A stretch of 27,351 nucleotides of DNA. Source: Chiloscyllium plagiosum (lineage: Eukaryota). Shown here in pieces: positions 22,618 through 27,351 of this stretch (positions are counted from its first letter, which is position 1; each line of letters starts with the position of its first letter). The translations under genes were made by a program, and so were the position numbers. Location: contig NC_057718.1 of assembly GCF_004010195.1 (NCBI RefSeq), forward strand, positions 101,699,463 to 101,726,813, read 5' to 3'. The notes beneath the pieces were generated by a model. It was not told the DNA's origin and did not search any database. It was given only the letters and a program-made list of their open reading frames with translations.

Positions 22618-22792
22618 TTCATTAGTGATCTTGCACATGGAAAATATCAGGGTGTAAATTCTTAGGGTGAGATGAACGTTTGAGAAGTCTCTCCTCTCAC
22701 AGACTCAGTTTCACAGGTAAGTAGGTTTTCTGCCAAATTTTTTTAAAAAAGAGAGAGAATGCAAAGTCTATCATGGAACTTTAACTGTTACA

Positions 22793-22980
22793 CCTGGCAG
22801 CATCTGTGGAGAGAAATCAGAGTTAACATTTCAGGGCGAGTGACCCTTCCTCAGAACTCGATCTGAGTAACAGTCAGTCAATCTGAAACATTAACTCTGA
22901 TTTCTCTCCACAGATGCTGAGCTTTTTCCAGCAATTTCTATGTTTGTCTCTGATTTACAGCATCCACAGTTCTTTAAGTT
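22793..22980. mobile_element. 188-bp palindromic head-to-head dimer of a family C HHR element
   Basis: cagcatctgtggagagaaatcagagttaa (22798-22826) and ttaactctgatttctctccacagatgctg (22891-22919) form a perfect 29-bp inverted repeat. Perfect 13-bp TSD tttaactgttaca at 22780-22792 and 22981-22993. Confidence 0.85.
22820..22859 (-). ncRNA. Minimal type I hammerhead ribozyme motif
   Basis: GAGUU-CUGAGGA-AGGG(UCACUCG)CCCU-GAAA-UG-UU^-AACUC. Perfect 5-bp helix I. Confidence 0.75.
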
Positions 22981-23869
22981 TTTAACTGTTACATCTGTTG
23001 GGTGTGAACGTTTAATTTGATAATTGTCTTTCAAATAGGAAGAAGTGTTGAACATTTCTGCACAGTTCCTGCTGCAGCTCAGGCAGTTAGTCAGGCGCAG
23101 GCAAGTTCCAAGGTTTTAGAATGCGACTTGTCAAACACGGAAATCTTGTTTAACTCAAGCACTGGGTTTTGGAAGCTCAAACATTGCTGCACCGAAATTA
23201 AATTTTGTTGAGGTAATTTGATCTCAAGATTTGCAGATTAATTTTTAGTCCAATTTTTAAAGTGGCTCGCTTTGATAGAGTCCATTAAAAGTGCCTATAG
23301 CTTTCCCAGTTAGACAGACTGTGTGTGTGTGTGAGTGTGTGCATAATTGGCATCTTTAATGCTCATTTGGTCGCACAGTGTATAATTGGATTTTGAACAT
23401 CAGAAAAATCTGACAGATTCAGTTACCCAGGCCACTTAAAGCCCTCAAGGTTGTTTAATTTATGAGGAGTTATTCCAAGCACAGTAGAAAATTTATCAGT
23501 GGATGGAATCCTGATTTGATTGTCTGACATGCTGCTAAACAGGGACCCAGACTGCACAGATTGGTTTACCATCGCCCCACGGGACTTATTTAATCATTTA
23601 ACCCAGCTTTGAAAAGTAAACATGAAAAGTGAGGTCTACCTAAAAGGAAAAAGCACTCTGTCTATCAGACTGCATTCCACTGATATGACTCAGTGAAATA
23701 TTTTAGAAGCGACTTGCGAATCACTTGGATTTTTCAAAATCGTTCCTTCAGAAAAATTAAGGGATTGGGCTCACAAATCTGCAACTCGTTACAGGAAAGG
23801 GATAAGGTCACTGAGACTTCAATTCCATCACAGCTGATTTGTACTTTGACTCCATTCATCTACCTTTGC

Positions 23870-23965
23870 TGGGCTGGTGCGGTGGTAGTGTCCCTGCCTC
23901 TGAGCCAGGAGATCCAGGTTCAAGTCCCACCTGCTCCAGAGGTGTGCAGTAACATCTCTGAAAAT
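23870..23965 (+). mobile_element. tRNA(Gln)-like short SINE
   Basis: A box TGGTGCGGTGG, CTCTGAG anticodon-like loop, B box GGTTCAAGTCC. A diverged inverted relative lies at about 25445-25535. Confidence 0.6.
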
Positions 23966-24274
23966 ACCTCCAGCTCGACTGGCTAACCCTGATTCCCCTT
24001 CTCCAACACATTTTTAGTTAACCTGCTCCCCGCTCCCTCCCAGTTTCATGGCTCATTTATGTGAAAGCGATTGAATAAATCCTTCCTCCCAAAGGCCTGG
24101 TTGGACTCTTTTTGTGCGGAAGGAATGGCTTTGGAGTAGGTACAGCATGGAATGAGGCCATTCAGCCCAACTGGTTAGGCCTATGTTCTTGTCTAACCCT
24201 ATAAACACAATGCTTTTTTCATCATCCCTCATCTGTTGGATCTTGGAGCAGTCTATACCCACATTCCTCTCCTG

Positions 24275-25212
24275 CTCCCTGGGTCACACAGCCTGGACAA
24301 AGACCCTCTGGCCCATTGTCTCCATGCCGGTCATCAAGAACCCATCCATTCTAATCCCATTTCCCAGCACTTGGCCTGTAGATTTATAATCATAGAATCC
24401 CTGCAGTATGGTAACAGGCCATTTGGCCCAACAAGTCCACACTGACCATCCAAATTGTAACCCACCCAGACCAATCCCCTACACTATTAATCTACATTTA
24501 CTCCTGCCTAATGCATCTAACCTACACATCCCTGCACACTAGGGACAATTTCCCAGAGCCAATCCACTCTAACCCGCATATCTTTGGGCTGTGGGAGGAA
24601 ACCAACGCAGACATGGGGAGAATGTGCAAACTCCACACAGACAGTCGCCCAAGGCTGGAATCGAACCCGGGACCCTGGTGCAGTGAGGCAGCAGTGCTAA
24701 CCACTAAGCCACCGTTGAATTTGTTGTGGTGTTCTGAGTGCTCATCTAAATTCTTCTTCAATGTCTTGAGGGTTCCTGCCTCACGTATCTTTTTAGGCAG
24801 TGAGTTCCAGTTACCCGCCACCCTCTGTTTTCCCTCCAATCCCTTCTAAACCTCATGCTCCTTACCTTTAAATTGTGTCCCTGGTGGTCATCTGCTCTAC
24901 TAAAGGGAAATGTTTTTCCCTGTCTCCCCAATTCATGACCCACTGAACTTTGTATGTCTCAGTTAGGTCTCCTCTCAGCCTTTTCTGTTGTGAGGAGAAC
25001 AACCCTGGTCCATCCTGTCTCTTTGTAGCTGTGTTGCTCCAGCCCAGGCAACATCCTGGTGAATCTCCTGCACACCCTCTCCAGAGCAATCACATCCTTC
25101 CCATAGTCTGGTGGTGACCAGAACCACACACAGTACCCCAGCTGTGGCCTAACTAATGTTATATACAGCTCCATCATGACCTCCTTGCTGTAGCATTCAG
25201 TGCCTTGGCTAA
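24275..25212 (-). mobile_element. CR1 LINE 3' fragment interrupted by an HE1-like SINE
   Basis: ELYITLVRPQLGYCVWFWSP..KDVIALERVCRRFTRMLPGL, KRLRGDLTETYK and WNSLPKKIREAGTLKTLKKNLD in shifting frames. Confidence 0.9.
24388..24714 (-). mobile_element. HE1-like V-SINE
   Basis: Minus strand GGTGGCTTAGTGGTTAGCACTGCTGCCTCAC...GGTTCGATTCC...TGTGTGGAGTTTGCACATTCTCCCC, homologous to 18666-18953. Confidence 0.9.
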
Positions 25213-25749
25213 TAACGTGGTAGTGAGTTCCATGCTCTCCCCACTCTCTGGGTAAAGAGGTTCCTCCTGAATTCCAGGTTGGATTTGTTGGTGACCAACT
25301 TATATTTAAGACACCAATTCTGGACACACCCGTCCACCCAATCAAACCTTTTCATGATGTTAAAGACCTCTGTCAGGTCACTTTGGTGTTTTCTGGAGGG
25401 ATAGAAAGGCTAAGGCTGTTAAATGCATTCTGATCCAGGTAGATTTTTCCAGTCACCCTGACACACCTCTGGGGGTGGGGGCACTTGAACCCAGACATTC
25501 TGCCTCTAAGCTAGGCTCACTACCACTGTACCACAGAAGCGTCTCTGACAGGCATAACCTCTTCATGCTATTGTCCATGTAATTGTTTTTATCCACCCTA
25601 TCAAAACCTTGAGCCATATCAACCCTCTCAATTAGATGCTCCTCTAATTGTCAGAGACTCATGATGTGGAGGTGCCAGTGCTGAACTGAGGTGGACAATG
25701 TTAAAAATCACACAACACCAGGTTATATTCCAACAGGTTTATTTGGAAG

Positions 25750-25784
25750 CACTAGCTTTCGGAGCACTGCCCCTTCATCAGGTT
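25750..25784 (-). ncRNA. Minimal type I hammerhead ribozyme motif with intact core
   Basis: AAC-CUGAUGA-A-GGGGC(AGU)GCUCC-GAAA-GC-UA^-GUG. 5-bp helix II and palindromic AGCU helix III. Confidence 0.8.
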
Positions 25785-26202
25785 GCTGTGGGGCAGGATC
25801 ATAAGACACAGAATTTATAGCAAAAGATCACAGTGTCATGCAACTGAAATGATATATTGAACAAACCTAGATTGCTATTAAGTCTTTCATCTTTTCGAAT
25901 GGGTTGCCAGTTTCCGTTTGTTAATATGTAAATCCCAGAACTTCTTTTAAGTCCATTATCAAGATAACCTAAGATTTTATAAAAAAAAAGGTGACACCTC
26001 AGCTCAGACAACAAATGCATTAAAAGTGTGAGTTAGAGTCTGTCTGTATCCCAATCTTGAGTCAGACTGGTTCGATTTCCAAAGTGGAATTTATAAAATA
26101 TTACATGGATTGACTGCCTGCAGATTGTGTGTTTTTTGAGCAAAATAAAATGTATCTGCAAATATAATTGTGCAAATACAAATTCACCCCATAGACCTAT
26201 AT

Positions 26203-26392
26203 ATGTGTGTGTGTGTGTGTGAGTGAGTGTGTGCATATGTGTGAGCGCATGTGAGTGTGAGTGCGCATGAGTGTGTGTTTGCGTGTGTGAAAGCTTGATA
26301 AAGTGTGTGTGAGTGTGTGATGGAATATAAGCCTTTGAGATGCTGCGGGCATGGGTGTGAGTGTGGAAGGTGTGTGTATAGTGTGTAGTGCA
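26203..26392. repeat. Degenerate (TG)n/(CA)n tract in the Penelope 3' UTR
   Basis: tgtgtgtg/gagtgt runs. Confidence 0.9.
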
Positions 26393-26398
26393 GTGGGT

Positions 26399-27168
26399 TC
26401 ACCTGTATTGTGACATGAACCCAAGGTCCAGGTTGAGGCCATCCCCATGGGTACTGAACTTGGCTATCAGCCTCTGCTCGGCCACTCTGCGTTGTTGATT
26501 GTCCCGCAGTCCGCCTTGGAGCACGGCCACCCGAAGGTCTGGGGTCAAATGTTCAGGACCACTGATGTGTTCTCCAACTGGGAGGGAACACTCCTGTCTG
26601 TTGATTGTGCGGTGTCCATTCATCTGTTGTCGTAGCGTCTGCTTGGTCTTGCCAATGTACCAAAGCCTCAGGGCATCCTTGCCTGCAGTGTAAGAGATAG
26701 ACAACGTTGGCTGAGTTGCATGAGTACCTGCCGCGTACATGGTGGGAGGTGTCCCCACGTGTATTGGAGGTATCCATGTCGACACTCTGACACGTCTTGC
26801 TGGGTCTGCTGTGACAGGGTTGTACGGTATTGTCCTGAAAGCTGGGCAGTTTGCTGTGAACAATGAGCTGTTTGAGGTTTGGTGGTTGTTTAAAGGCAAG
26901 AAGTGGAGGCGTGGGGAAGGTCTTGACGAGGTGCTCATTCTCATTGATAACGTGTTGCAGGCTGCGAAGAACATGGCATAGTTATTAGGCTCCCGGGAAA
27001 TACTGGACAAGGAAGGGAACCCTGTCTGTTGCAGCCTGTGTCTGTCTCCTGAGGAGATCATTATGGTTTCTCACTGTGGTACATCAGAACTGGCAGTCGA
27101 TGAGTTGAGCATCATCCCTTGTTCTTATGAGGGCATCCTTGAGCACCTTTAGGTGTCTGTCATGTTTC
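26399..27168 (-). pseudogene. Frameshifted Penelope ORF C-terminus (GIY-YIG endonuclease)
   Basis: One frame gives YSCNSANVVYLLHCRQGCPEA. It continues in another frame as WYIGKTKQTLRQQMNGHR...PVGEH...RRVAEQRLIAKFSTHGDGLN (VVY..YIG, R, E and GLN motifs). Confidence 0.9.
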
Positions 27169-27351
27169 TAGGAGAAAGTGAGGATTGCAGATGCTGGAGA
27201 TCAGAGCTGAAAATGTGTTGCTGGAAAAGCGCAGCAGGTCAGGCAGCATCCTAGGAGCAGGAGAATCAATGTTTCAGGCATGAGCCCTTCTGAAACGTCA
27301 GTTCTCCTGCTCCTAGGATGCTGCCTGACCTGCTGCGCTTTTCCAGCAACA
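27169..27351. mobile_element. Palindromic dimer of a family B element with deleted apex (runs off the window)
   Basis: Perfect 50-bp inverted arms at 27216-27265 and 27302-27351. The spacer holds only the GAAAC halves of two opposed HHRs. Confidence 0.9.

Larger units (their letters stand above)
25662..27168 (-). mobile_element. Penelope-like element family A, 3' portion
   Basis: RT C-terminal linker and GIY-YIG remnants, a (CA)-rich 3' UTR, an HHR and the terminal tail. Interrupted at about 27169 by a palindromic insert. Confidence 0.9.

Noticed and set aside
23870..23945. Functional tRNA-Gln gene (likewise the tRNA-like heads at 18666 and 24714)
   Set aside because: No acceptor-stem pairing, a mismatch in the anticodon stem, and continuation into SINE body sequence.
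1818..26981. Most ORFs in the supplied track as genes
   Set aside because: They are short, often start at non-ATG codons and have no recognisable domains. Those with motifs are frameshifted CR1/LINE or Penelope remnants, or antisense to them.
26399..27061. 220-aa ORF as an intact domesticated nuclease
   Set aside because: The GIY half (VVY) and the YIG half are in different frames, and the N-terminal part of the listed ORF is out of frame with the Penelope protein.

Overview
Repeat-rich eukaryotic (vertebrate) non-coding DNA. The repeat complement (V-SINE/HE1-like and Deu-domain SacSINE1-like SINEs, CR1 and L2-type LINE 3' fragments, Penelope-like elements) points to a cartilaginous fish, probably a shark (inference from recalled repeat families, no database search). 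No intact protein-coding gene is recognisable. The listed ORFs are either spurious or decayed retroelement ORFs (CR1 RT C-termini, two Penelope GIY-YIG endonucleases). Two weak candidate exons lie at 189-242 and 793-870. The main signal is a dense set of minimal type I hammerhead-ribozyme (HHR) motifs (CUGANGA..helix II..GAAA-NN-UH), about a dozen intact or decayed copies from about four Penelope-related sequence families. They occur (i) in the 3' ends of GIY-YIG-encoding Penelope fragments, (ii) as ~100-bp non-coding elements flanked by 11-14-bp target-site duplications (TSDs), and (iii) as head-to-head palindromic dimers whose apex lies at the ribozyme. Repeat boundaries are approximate unless a TSD is quoted. 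Family letters A-D are my own labels.
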